From Rhodosorus marinus CCMP1338 (taxonomy: Eukaryota > Plantae > Rhodophyta), in assembly GCA_029953675.1 (NCBI GenBank), contig JAMWBK010000006.1:372001-436000 (forward strand): DNA of 64,000 nucleotides, written 5' to 3'. Shown here piece after piece: positions 39,018 to 51,420 of the stretch. A program made the translations under genes and the position numbers. Below the pieces are notes generated by a model, which worked only from the letters and a program-made list of their open reading frames with translations, ran no database searches and had not been told where the DNA came from. The stretch's first letter is position 1. Every line of letters starts with the position of its first letter.

Positions 39018-42000
39018 TCTTTTCACTGGTCAAGCAATCATCGCTAACGGAGAAGAGTGGTCCTCTGGGAGGGTTCTCTCCTCCCGAATTCCCGAATCTC
39101 GATCAGTGAAAAGACTGTGGAGAGTTTCCTCTGTGAACGGCCCACTTGAAACCCCTGAAAGGGTTGTGCGTTGACTCGCCCGCGAGACACACCGCATTGA
39201 GGCTCCTCAATAGTGGTGGCATCTAGGGCAGACCTGGTCCTGCTTTCCATCATTCCCAAAGCACCATCGTTGACGAATCTAGAATGTCAAAAGATGCGAA
39301 GGAGTCGTACTGGGCAAGCAATCTGCCTGGCCCTAAAGCTCTGCTCAACTTCTAATCGCGTCATCCTTAGCGGACGACTGAAGAGCTCTCTGAGGCTGGT
39401 TTAGGGCTCGGTAGTGCCATCGTCCTAGCCACTAGCGTTGTCCAGTTGCCGAACACGCTCGGACCGTGAGACTAAAAATACTTTTCTATTCTATTTTGGG
39501 TGTTACCTTGAGAGCTCTGAAGAGCTGGGTTCGAATTGGGAACTCCTTTGAGGTTCTTTCGATTAAATTGAAGCCTGAGAAAGCTAATGAAGTTGATGAG
39601 CAAGGCTAAGAAGGTCCCGTCAAGTTCCAGAGGAATGCCTGTACACCGAAGGTCAAAGCCCAAACGGGTCGACTACTACTCGGAACTGACTCGAACGCAG
39701 ACAAAAATCACACGACCTCCTTTCTGTTAATGATAGAAGCTCGATAAAGGAGAGAAACTTAGCGCTGATGAAAACTCCAAGGAATGGCAATCAATCCCCC
39801 ACAGAAAAACATATGCGGACACCGGGGTCTTGTACTCGTTGAGGGATGTATGAGCTGATTAGAGTGCAGGGCAATAATCGTGTTCTTCAAATCCAGCAAA
39901 GGGCTGTAGAGCGTAGAAAACTGACGCGCCAACTCGTCGTTTAGAAGAATTCCTGAAATAGTCAGCCACCCTCACAAGCTCCGTACGCTTCGACCTGGGC
40001 GGTAAGTGCCCATCGACAAATGAGATGTGTTCAACATGGAGAGGGTTTGGTTTTGGTTGGTACTGAGGAGTGCCAAGAGAATGAATGATCATGGTGGGTA
40101 GGGCTTCCAGCCTTTACAAGAACCCAAACTACACAGTCATCGATAAGCCACGCCTAAAAGAACGCGGGTTATTTCCACTTGCCAGACGATTTTCGGCTCA
40201 AACGCTCCCACAGATGTTCTAAGGATCTCTCTGCAGTCGCTCCCTCTACTTGTCGGCCTTTTTCTTGCATGCGAATTCGCGCGACTCCCGAATTCGTTCG
40301 TCACGGAACAACGGTGGGGAATTGAATCGCCTTGAACAAGAAGATAATTAAATGAGTGCATGTCTGGGGTGTTAAAAAGTGCTCTCTAATCACTGTCATT
40401 ATGCCAACCACCCCGCCTAGAAGAGCTCTGACCAACTCAAGGCGCTTTCCCCGCCCAGTTTAGTTTCTTTCTGGGCGGCGGTTGTCAAAAAATGAAAACA
40501 CCTTTTTCCACCCTATGTTTGGGACTTTGAAGCGGACCGCGCCAAGCTGGGTTCGACTGGAGAACTTGTTCGAGCTTCTTTCGATTAGATAGAAGCCTGA
40601 GAAATAAGCTGATAAAGTTAATAGAGAGCGGGGCTAAGGAGAATCCGTCAAATCCAGGAATGCCCGTACAACGAAAGTCAAAAGCGCCAATTTTGGGAGT
40701 CGCCCAGTCCTCTGAGCTGACTCGAGCAAGAGCCAAAAATAACACGCATTTCTTCTTTCAATTGGATGATAGATATTTAAGAAAAACCTTCCATGTTTCC
40801 CATAGACTCTTTGCCGTTGAAAGGCCTTTTGGAAGAGCCATCAGACTCATAAGCTCCGTACACATCGACCTGGTCGATGTGACTATCGACTAGTGAGATA
40901 TGCTCAATCAACGCGGAGAGGGTTTGGTGTTGTCGGCACTGAGGAGTACTGAACGAAGCATAAAAAGACTTTGGATGTGCCGGAATTGAGAGCAGAGGTC
41001 AAGAGAAAGATCAAAAGTCTGATTAGAAACACCACGTCGGTTGATACGGACTCTTGCCTGGAATAAGAAACAAAAAAAAAGGTATTGAAGGGCATTCTGG
41101 AGAGGCTAGGGATCGAGCCAGTTACCTAACGAGGATCGAAGAGGTGGTAAAGCAGAGGACAACTGCATGTGAAGCAAAAAATTTGAGATCGAGAGGGATA
41201 CGTAGAGAGAGGGAGGGCGGCAGGATGGTTATTAAGGTAGGAATGTTGGGTGTGGGCATGATTTCGCCGATTATTGGTGACGCACTTGAAGATGCACCGA
41301 ATGCTGAGTTGGTGGCGGTTGGGAGCCGGACGCTAGCGAGAGCTGAGAAGTTCATTCTGAGATACACGACTGCGAAGGCTTATGGGAGTTACGATGCGGT
41401 ACTGGATGATGCGGACGTTGACATTGTTTATCTTCCTCTCCCGACGTCGTTGTGTTATGAGTGGACGATGAAATGCGCTGAGAAGAATAAACACGTGCTG
41501 GTGGACAAGCCGCTACCACCAGCGGATCAGCTTAAGGAGATGATCGAAGTATGCAGAAGCAAAGGATTGGTCATCATGGATGGTACACACTTTGTACACT
41601 CGTCTCGCATGCAAAGAATCGTCGAAGCAGCGCGGAGCGGAGAAATCGGAAAGCTGAGAAGGGTGAACTGCTGCTGTAGATGGCACATGCCCGTGGACAA
41701 TATTAGGTAAGTGCTTTAGTCAGAACCAGTCAGAAACTGTCAAAAAACTTGTTCGCTCGCTATCTCTCCCGCGCGTCGATCAACGGAAGCCCGCCTGACC
41801 AGATTTGCAGAACTAGGACAGATTAAGGTCATTCCAGTCTGTGCTTGAGTCTTTGCTAGAGTTCTTAGGACTCTTTATTATTGTCTTGGTGCCAAGAGAG
41901 AAGAATCTCATTTCCTATCTAACCGCCTCTCTCTGTACGCGTATATGCATAGGTTTAAGACAGAATTGGAACCTTTTGGTGCGCTGGGTGACCTAGGCTG

Positions 42001-43105
42001 GTACTGTATTAAGTTTGGCCTATCAGTTTGTGGATTCGAGAACAAAGTCATCAAAGTACATGCCGATTCTGTACGGCACCCGGAAACCAAGAGCATAACA
42101 GCTGCGGTCTGCTCGGTGTTCTTCGAAGACGGGAAGTCCATGATGTTCGACTGCGAGTTCAACGGAGCTGGCGCAAATTACTGGGGGGAGGTCATAGGTG
42201 GTACAGGTAGCATGTACGTTGAAGACTTTGTTCTTCCGTACAAGGGATCAACAGCAGTGTGCAAGAAAGAAGAACTTAGCCCTGACTTTCCTGTAAGTGA
42301 CACTCCTGGCTTGAACTACATCGAGCCTTTTCAAGCTGACGTACATTCTTGAATTTGGTTTTCTGTCTCTTCTCGCAGTATTACAAGTCGAAGAACCTGA
42401 AAATAACAGAGGAGGGTAACTTTCAGGAGATATTCCCACCTGCGACAGAGAAAATTGTTGTCACCAACACACACGGGCTTTCCCAATGTGCACTCATGTT
42501 TGAGGATTTCAGGGAAGCGATGGAAGACCCGGAGAAGGCAGATAGATGGGCGATGGAAGCACTCGCAACGCAGACAGTCCTTGATACTCTCTATGAAGAG
42601 ACGAAGCGCGACAGTGCTTGGTCTGACCACGCAAACAGTTCTTATTGAGAAAGGGCGGCAGAGGTGGTCGCGGTTCACTCCAACTCCATTTTTGTACCAG
42701 GTGGAATCTCTTGAACTGTGCAACGCGTGCAAATACCCAATGCAAAAGTAAAGAGGGATGGCGCCCTCGTCGACGAGAGCATAGACGCGGATGACGTCTT
42801 TGGAGCTCATACGTGAGTATGCTCTTTGCTGGGAACGGGCAGGACCGTAATTGCCGCTTGCCTGTCCCGCGCCAATGATTCCGAAAAAGTGTCCTGGTGA
42901 CCTTTAGGCAACGACTCCAGCTCACCTAAAAAATCCAATTAAGAGCTAGTTTCCCATCCCATGATCTTCCCCCAAAAGCAAACTGTTCCTCTTCAAGCGG
43001 AGGATCTTCTGGAACGAGGCAGCGGCGAAACGTGGGCCTGAGAGCATCGGGCAAGCAGTACGTCGTGGCCTTGTTCGGTGGGAGAAAAACACGCTTCTCC
43101 AGCTC
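39018..43105. repeat. Tandem segmental duplication, copy 2 (~4.1 kb)
   Basis: Matches 34911-39019 throughout and ends ..acgcttctccagctc at 43105. Confidence 0.95.
41225..42648 (+). CDS. Gfo/Idh/MocA family oxidoreductase, copy 2
   Basis: Same exon structure as copy 1, with at least three amino-acid differences (NCCF>NCCC, GATY>GANY, PDLP>PDFP). Confidence 0.92.
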
Positions 43106-43383
43106 AACAAGGATCGTCAATAAAAGATTTCCGCAGCCATGCCTAGCTTGACTTGTACAAATGTCCAGAGCTTTCCACAATGAAAGGTTGGAGCCTACGA
43201 GAACGCCCTTCTGTCCAGGGGAGACTTGCCATGTGCTCTGCAGACGACGCCATTTCTTCAGTCGGCGAGAACCGAAGCGCTTGCGAACCCAACCAGGTTT
43301 TAGGCCGTTGAGGTCGCTGAGAATTCCTCACTTTCCTCTGTGCAGTATTCATAAGACGTCCCCAAGCTGAACGTACCAGAGGA

Positions 43384-43700
43384 CTACCAGGAGTGGTCGC
43401 GGGCGAAAGTGGCGGAGATATGAAATTTGGCAAAACTATAGGATCTCGACCCCCGTGTACGTGCACAAGGGGCTTGTGCATGTTTAGCCTCTGGTTTGAT
43501 ATCTCGACGAGGAGGTTTAGTGGGCATCTCTGCGCCCTCAATCTTCAAATCGAGGCTCTGCGCTTCCTCAAACGTGGTTACATTTCGAAAATATATATCT
43601 TTCTTAATGTGGGGCTCCATCTCCTCCACGAGTGGTCATCCAGTAAACGTTTTCTTGCTGGAATAATACCATTGTATTCCAAATAGTACACACCGCTCAT
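43384..43700 (-). mobile_element. Possible retrotransposon gag relic
   Basis: MEPHIKKDIYFRNVTTFEEAQSLDLKIE resembles the gag capsid C-terminal pattern (L.P.I...V....P.TFEEA..LA..IE). No pol, LTR or intact zinc knuckle was seen. Confidence 0.25.
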
Positions 43701-43777
43701 GCTTCGTGCAAACTGACCAAAGACATATGCACAAAATAGATCGTTTGTTTGTATATAGGCGTACTCATCCAAGCATG

Positions 43778-43985
43778 AAAGACTTTGGATTGGCCGGAAG
43801 TAAGAACGGAGGTCAAGAGAAAGAACACAGGTCTGATTAGAAAGACCGCGTCGACTATGAGGAGATCATCCCGCCTACAAGAGAGAATGTATTTGTCACG
43901 AACAAATTCGGGCTTTCCCAACTGCACGCTTTTGTTTGAGGATTTCAGGGAAGCGATGGAAGATCCAGGGAAAAGCGGATGGATG
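43778..43985 (+). pseudogene. Internally deleted, diverged third copy of the oxidoreductase unit (upstream region fused to an exon-3 fragment)
   Basis: 43778-43856 resembles 36875-36955 (aaagactttggat..gaggtcaagagaaaga..gtctgattagaaa). 43893-43985 resembles 38367-38465 (gggctttcccaa..gtttgaggatttcagggaagcgatggaaga) and carries a +1 frameshift. Confidence 0.85.
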
Positions 43986-44297
43986 AGCGAAGGAAGCCCT
44001 GGCCGGCGCAACCAGTGAATTGAAGCGGGATGATGTTCGGCCCCTCGTACTCGAACGCGCTGTGATCGTCGAAGCTAGTAGGTTCCAAACGTATTGAATG
44101 TGGAGAAGTGAACTAAGCAAAAGCCTGCCCGAAGTGCGTACTCGTGTATGCAGTCTTCGGAGCTGTTCATGTCCGAGGATTCCAATCGCAAGCAACCCGA
44201 ACGCGTTGCTGCCTTCTGTCTGTCCTGCACCGACTGTTCCGAAAATATGCTTTTATACAACGACTCCGGCTCATCACAACCAAAAAAAAGAAATAAC

Positions 44298-46478
44298 CTA
44301 GTTTCCCATCTCATCATCATCCTCAAAGTTTTCATCCTCTTCAAACGCATCTTCGGGAACGAGATAGAAGCGCAGGATTTGGCTGTTGGGGTCCTTGAGA
44401 ATGACTCCCTTTCCTCCGTTCGGAATGCGCTTGAAACATATGTCGATAATGCGCTTTAGGATCCCCCAGAATGTGCTCTGAACGAGGGAGTTCTGCGAAG
44501 CGAATTCCCTCGGTTTGTACAGCTGCGTACCAAGGACGACATGACTTGTGTTGTCACGAGGATTCATCCTTGACACAAATCCAATCTGCATCCGATCAGC
44601 TCCGGAAAGCATGGCTTGAATAATCCACCTGGTCAGATTTGATATAGGGACAGATCAGCTCGCCGCAGTGCCCTTCTGAACCAGAGCCGCAAGTCAACTT
44701 ACCTGGCGACCTTCGCTCCGTTGTTTTTAACTTCCGTTGCCAAGATGGCTCCTCTGTGGGTGTCCAACTTTCCCCTCCAGTCCGTTACTTGGCGAGCGTT
44801 AGGATCCATAACCTCGTTCAAAGCCTTGATCACTAGGAACTGCGGTTCTTCATCTAGATACAGTCGGCAGAGACGAAGGGTAAGTAAACTTTCGCCCAAG
44901 TGAGGCGTGAAAGCCGTTGGCAGATACAACAATAGACTAACCGTTTCCACTGGCCTTGATCGCTCCGTCAATTTCGCATCGAGCTACGAGAGAAACGTCC
45001 TTGTCCAGCTTCCATTTCCGGTATCGGTATGCCACCTGTACAAGTAGTTCCAAAGCCATCAATACGCAGTCCAAAAAAGGTGCTTGCTTGGTCCCCAACC
45101 TGAACACTTACCGATGCCTCTTCCTGTCCTTCTGTAATGAAGGGGTTGGCGTTGGGGAACTTGTACCTGTCGCCCTCAATAAGCATCGCTTGCGAAAAGT
45201 TCTGGTTGATCTGCGTTGCCTCAATCGCCAGGTGGCGAACAGTGTTAATCTTCTCCTCAGGCGAGGCATCTACGAAAAACGAAACCAATGAGTCGCGGAG
45301 GCAATAGATTACCACACGCAACGAGGTGCAAAAGCCGATAACGGGACATACTCTTCTCCTCCTTGGGTTGATCCTGTGCAGTCTCGTTGACAGTTTGCAG
45401 ATCAATTTGAGAACCGTCTCTTTTACCCAGAAACAGCATGTCGTTCGCCCGCTGAACCACAATATCCCATGGGTACGCAGTTCTCGTACTCGCCATGAGC
45501 AGCGCCAAAATTGTACTTGTTGCGTAAACTGTTCCGGTAGACTACAGTCGGAGACATCCCCAAAATTCAGCTTCGCCGAGCTTGACCATGGTGCTTGACG
45601 ATTTTCTACGCGACATGCGCCATTGGCAATGATATGACATACCTCTGAGGCGAGTTCTTCGATCACCGGATCTTCAATAGTAGTGACGTAGTGGAAAGCT
45701 CGGTGCTCAAAGCGCTTAAGGGGCTTCTCCATTTTACAAGAAATTCTCTCGCTCCCTTTGTCGTAGTATTCCAAACTTCCACATTCGCGCACGGTTTCGC
45801 CTTCGGGAACGTTGTCCATACGGCACTTCGCGAGAGTAGAGAACGGAATCTCCTCCAGTAGGACCCAGTCGTCGCCCACCTCAACACTCGCCTCGCGAAT
45901 TTGGTTTCGCCGATCATCGTATCTTCCACCATATCTTCTTCCATCCCTACGGAATTCTTTCCTATAGTTATCTCTATCATTCCACTGTCGGTTTCGCTGC
46001 CCTTGGTCGCGATCTATGTCAGGAGCATCACGGCCAAACGGACATAATTAGGATATATCAGACGAGGATCATCAAAAACCGTCCACGACGAAAGCGGTAT
46101 ACCTCTCGGTCTATAGCCAAAGTTAAACTGTCGAGCTGGCTGCCGGTGATCTACGACCTGGAACCCTGCGTTGTCGTCATCCATAAATTCGCCGTCATCC
46201 ACCCTGGCAAGACAAGATCGCGTAAAAACAAACAGATCAGCTTCTTCTGCACACACAATCGCCTTTGAAATCGAGCAACACCAGTAAAAAAAGCTTCATC
46301 CGATCTATGCATACCTCCCGTGCCGCCCCTGGTTCGTCCAGTCCGCAGCTCTGCCCAGGCGATCAGACTTCGAAAAGGGAGCATAAGGCATATCTCGGAA
46401 TTTCTCTGGAGGAATGTCCAGTGCAGGGCCCCAACCCTCTACGTTTTCACTCATATTCGGCGGATCAAACTTCACCAT
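44298..46478 (-). CDS. EIF3D: Eukaryotic translation initiation factor 3 subunit D, multi-exon
   Basis: [111 protein letters not shown]. Confidence 0.96.
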
Positions 46479-47842
46479 CCTTCCTCAAATAGCACAAGAA
46501 CACTAAATTCTCCTTCCGAAATCCAAGCCAAAAGCAACAACAACAACAGAACAGACTCGCCTAACACTAACTTCTTACAAATACCTCCACAAACAACGTT
46601 TCTTGGTGACAAGACCTAAATCCGTACCTTATAATCCCTCCAAACCCCTCTTCAACCTCCCCAAACGTTTTCACCAAATTCTCGCATCCTTCCCGTTCGC
46701 TCAAGCAAAGCCAGAGTTGTCCTTGAAAACCAAATCCGCCCCACAAAAAGGCTAAAAACTATTGCATACCCCCCCTCTTGCAATTCTCTACTTGACATTT
46801 TCAGAATAGTACTCCTACCCCTTATTCAGAATCAGAAAAATCCAAAATATGTTCTTTTCTATCTTTACTAGGTGAAAGTCGCTTTGTCTTATTCCATTTG
46901 GATACTCCACTGTCGCTGCTCATGCGAAAAAAAACTAGAAGGAGTACGGGTTCGCTGGGGTAGACTTGAAAAGTAGGAAAATGATTGATGTAAAGTCTCC
47001 CGTCGTCGGTGAACCTTGTTTTAGGAAAAGTTTCTGGTTCTATCAATCGAAGTATTTTTGACTGAATATTCAATCCTAACTTGTGTACTGATTGATGGCT
47101 TGTAGCTCGGTAGTGTTCTTCTTGCTGTTCGACTCTGGCAGTGGCCCCCTAGATATGTACTTGTTGACTAATTCTCGTGAAGGAGAGACGTTCTCGTTCA
47201 TGTTCTCTCAGGGATCTTTTCTCGTCCGACAGACGAGCCTGCCTTTTACCCCGTAGAAGCTATTGCCTGGGAGCGATTCAGGCGCGTGACGGCTTATTCG
47301 ACGTCATTTGTACTAGACTACTTGCGTGGGTTGTACAGTAGCGCGAAGCTCGGCTCACCCGTCTCACTGAGCTAAAATGGGACCAGCGATCAGTGATAGA
47401 GAAGACCAAACTTCCCGGCCGCAATTGGTTTCTAAAACCAATACGAGCTGCGTGGCTCCTTTTACGTGAGCAATGGAGTCAGTGGGAGCTGGCCTCCGTG
47501 CTTATCCTGTGCCCGATACCGCAGAAGCTCGCGTGCCAGCAACTTTTGTAGAATAACTACAGTCGAGACACGCACTGTGTACGCATTGCCTTGGGTTCAG
47601 CTTGGCAAACGCCAGCCCACTCCGGTAGACGCTATCGCATATCATCGCTTTCAAGATTTGCTGGCTTTCCTGACTGATTAACAAGAGCGACTCCTACAGA
47701 CCTACACGCAGGTTACCTTCTAGCTTTAGTCCCTCCTGTTTTTCCTCTACAGTTTTAAGCAGTCAGGCGTTGTGAACGATCCGGCCTGGTGTGCAGGTGG
47801 TAGTAGAGAACGATAAGTGTCTTGAGAGAATTATGTAGACCC

Positions 47843-48446
47843 ATGGGAGACGCGGTGAATTTTGACGGGTTCAAGTACGCAGGAAAGAGGAAGACTGCTT
47901 CCGAGAGGCAAATGCCATTGCCCAAAAGGGGGAAGGTTGCTGAAGAAAAAGAAGTTCTCCCACTGCATGAAGAGAGTGAAGAGGACAGAATCAGAGCCGC
48001 CAAGGAGAAATGGTTTGGGTTTACGGATCCAAAGGCTGAGACAGCTGTGAGAAGGTTTCAGGTTCTCGTAGCCGTACTTCTGAGCAAGCAGACGCACCCC
48101 AGCGTCTTGAGTTCCTCGATGAAGTCCTTGGTCGATGAAGGTCTTTGTGTGGACTATGTGCTCAAGATTGAAGAGGACAAACTCAAAGACCAGCTGAAAA
48201 GCGTCCACTACAACCGGCAGAAAGCGTCACATGTGCGGCCGCAACTTGTCTGATTCAACTCCGGAAAGAATCCTATCACTTACTAATTTCAGCGTTAATC
48301 TTCCTACTCTGCTCACCTTGTAGATCAAATCAGCAGCCGTAGCAGTGAACGAGGCAAAAGAAGTACCCGCTACGCATGATGAGTTGATTAAGCTTCCCGG
48401 TATTGGCCCTGCGCTTGCCAAAATCCTAGTAAACGTGTTAAACTAA
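47843..48446 (+). CDS. Truncated endonuclease III (NTH1)-like HhH-GPD protein
   Basis: RFQVLVAVLLSKQT..GLCVDYVLKIEEDKLKDQL..RQKASH|IKSAA..VPATHDELIKLPGIGPALAKILVNVLN*. It ends right after the HhH motif. Confidence 0.75.
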
Positions 48447-48666
48447 TCTGCGGGGGTCCAGCTTAAAATCTCCACGCTTGGCAAGAGACAACAAAACACA
48501 AGCTCGTCTGTGGCAGAAATTACAACTTTAATACACTTGCAAAATTTTAAGTTACTGAATAGTTAGTAGCGAACCCTCCGAACAACCCACTTTCCTTTCC
48601 ACGTTGAGCCACGCCTCCACAAGTAAACGCTTGCGAATGATGATCGTTTAGGATTCGGTTGAGGAT

Positions 48667-49716
48667 TCACTCGATTTTCCGCAAGCCCAGGTGAACTGAA
48701 GTGCCCTCACTGTAAATTGATACAGTGGGATAAATTCCATTTGCGAACGAGAACGGAACAAGCCCTCTTGAATTTGGGACGCGTTTTCCGTTGATGAAAA
48801 AGTCAACCTCGGCGACGCAATCGTTCTCTGGGTTGGCTGATGCCGGACCTTCATCTGCATTGGCCGACGATGCTACAGATTCTTGTGATGTGACCAAACT
48901 CTCACCCAGGTGAACCGGCTTGAATAGTACACCGACAATATCCTTGGGACCGAACTTTCCGTTAAGCTTTGTATATCGATTGTTGTGGATAACCTCCCCA
49001 GTAGAGAAGAGCCCAATTCCGCTTCTATCGAAGCCCACAATCTTATTCAAGGGATGCACGCCGTTGGCCACACCGACGCAAATGCCACCTGTTCAGCGTG
49101 AAGAGCTTCATCGTCAGTATGTAGAAAAGGAATCACGGTCGGCTCTGTTCTCTAATAGCATACCGTGAGCTTCTTGCGAGAGAATCTCGACCTCAAAGTA
49201 AGAGGATTCTGCAATCTTTTTGGAAAGCTCAGAGTTTCCTTGAGCACACCTGTATGTCCCCCGGCGTCCCATCCTAGTGGCTTTGCGTCCCTTGGAGTTA
49301 AGCTCAACATCTTCATGCCTTCGTGAGAAGTGAAAATCCGTTCCCTCCCCCACTGATGGAGGCATGTGGTACAACTGGCTCAACACAGCATCAAAATCTA
49401 CAGGGCGAGAGTGGAACAGCCGGGTGTTGGTCGTCTGACTAAGAGAGCTGTAGGTTGGGGTCAATTCGTCCGTCAGAGGCGTCACGGACTCCTCAACAAT
49501 CCAGTTCTTCCGAACAAACATTTCGTTCATTCCGAACTTTCTTGCAATTAGACCAGCACTGGCTGTGCACTCAACTTCCGCGGTAAACAGTCTTGTTGAC
49601 ATGTCCCGGTGCATAATTGCATAATTCACGTTATTCTCCTCATCTTTCTCTCCGAAGCAATACTTCGTGGCCAACCCCACTTGAAGCGATCCTTTTCTTT
49701 CTAGTGGAGAGTCCAT
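48667..49716 (-). CDS. SPRY/B30.2-domain protein
   Basis: SYFEVEILSQEAHG|GICVGVANGVHPLNKIVGFDRSGIGLFSTGEV..KFGPKDIVGVLF..VDFFINGK..IYPTVSI fits the SPRY pattern. One intron at about 49096-49170. Confidence 0.75.
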
Positions 49717-51420
49717 GCTCGATTAAACCCGCTCGAAACCACCACAAGCACGTCTATAATATCGTCATTCAAAAGCTATCGTTGGAAACAGCGAACCCCA
49801 CGAGGTCAAAACCGACCACCAAAAACTTTCGCCTACCACACGGCAAAAGCAGACTAGGCTCGTTTGTCAAACGTCCTGGCTTTCAAACCCAAACAAGCTT
49901 CACCAGGAAGCCTCCTAAGCACGCTTTGACCTCTCCTTGCTACCGCTCGCCCACATTCTGACGCAGCAATTCTGTTTCATGAGCCCATTTAAACACTCCT
50001 TTTTTTTGCCGTATCGTCAATTCATACCTTTCACCCCATTTTCTTGCGTTTTTGAGTAGTCCTCTGACGCCCATTGAGCCATTGTATTAAACAAACAATT
50101 TCAATTATTCCAATCACAGACCAAAGAGATTGGCTAAGATACGATCCCTACGGGCACTGAAGCGGCAACAATTATCCAATAAAAAAGTCCTATTTCAGCA
50201 ATGTCCAATGACGTGGAAGAAAACAGCGACGCTTCGAAGGATGTCCGGAGAATGCTCCGAGCTGCTGGAAGCCCTTGTACTACACGCTCACCAATGAAAT
50301 AGTCTGTCCAAAATCTCTTCACTTTAATTTGTCAAATTACACACAGAGATACACTAGTGGTTAGAATTTTCAACGTCTTGATCTGATGCGTTTTTATTCT
50401 CCCATATCATTGGATATCAATCCTCACTGCCAATTTTCAACCGATATTCTCGAATGAACACCTCATCCCTCGTACAATCCTCCTCCCCTCCCCCCTCCCC
50501 ATCCGTCTAGAATATATTTGCCTCAAATTATTAAACATTCCAGCCCCAATCTCAGCCGTTTTAAAAACACAAACTGATGGGGTTGTGGTCTCACATCCAA
50601 GAAGGAAAACACAACCAATCTTTGATCGTCTAAAACGATGAGCTTCTCAATACCGAAGATTCTGAAGGAACATTTTCGCAACTCTCCAACCACCCAGATA
50701 GAAGATTTTTCTTTGAACTTTCGTGCACCCTATTACGAAGATTTTGTCTAGATCGGAAGTACTAACCAATCAAAATAAAGGAAGAGGACCTCACCCACCT
50801 TGAAACAAGATAAATAATCAATACCAGCGAACAAAAACATTATCCAGCAGAAAACACTCACTTTCCCGAAACTCATTTTCACAATCTACCAATCAATATC
50901 CTCCAACAAGGACAGTTTTGACCAATCAAATACCTCCAGTAGGATCTTGTTGAAGATTTTTCTTCTTTCTAGCCACACCTTCCTTTTTGAATTGAAAAAA
51001 GGGGTGCAAATCTCCCAGTACGGAAAAATGCTTTCTGTAATTTCTACCCCGTAATATACTCTTCTTGGTAAATAAAAAGAAAGATTTCAAAAGATTTTAT
51101 TAATCTTGAATCATCCTGTAGGGGGGGGGGGGAGTAGTGAGAAATGGGATCTCATCTTATATAGGGTTTCTTGGGATGTGAATTGGGGTATGGATGGAGG
51201 TTTTGTGTCTTACGGCATGAAATCCTTCTTTTTTTTTAATATGCGCTTGTGTTCGAAACGTTGGTGGTTGGGTTTTGGGGGGAATGGAGGGGGTTAAAGA
51301 AGACCGGGAGCAGCTGAGCAAGAACAACTTTGTCAATTATTAATCTCTTTTCTGATCAAAACATAGTTCGTCGTGAAGCTCCTTGTTTTTTCTTTTCTTT
51401 TGCCTCTAGTTTTTGGGTTG

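Larger units (their letters stand above)
34911..39019. repeat. Tandem segmental duplication, copy 1 (~4.1 kb)
   Basis: Near-identical to 39018-43105. The offset of 4107 falls to 4086 through 1-, 17- and 3-nt indels. There is a TC microhomology at the junction. Confidence 0.95.
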
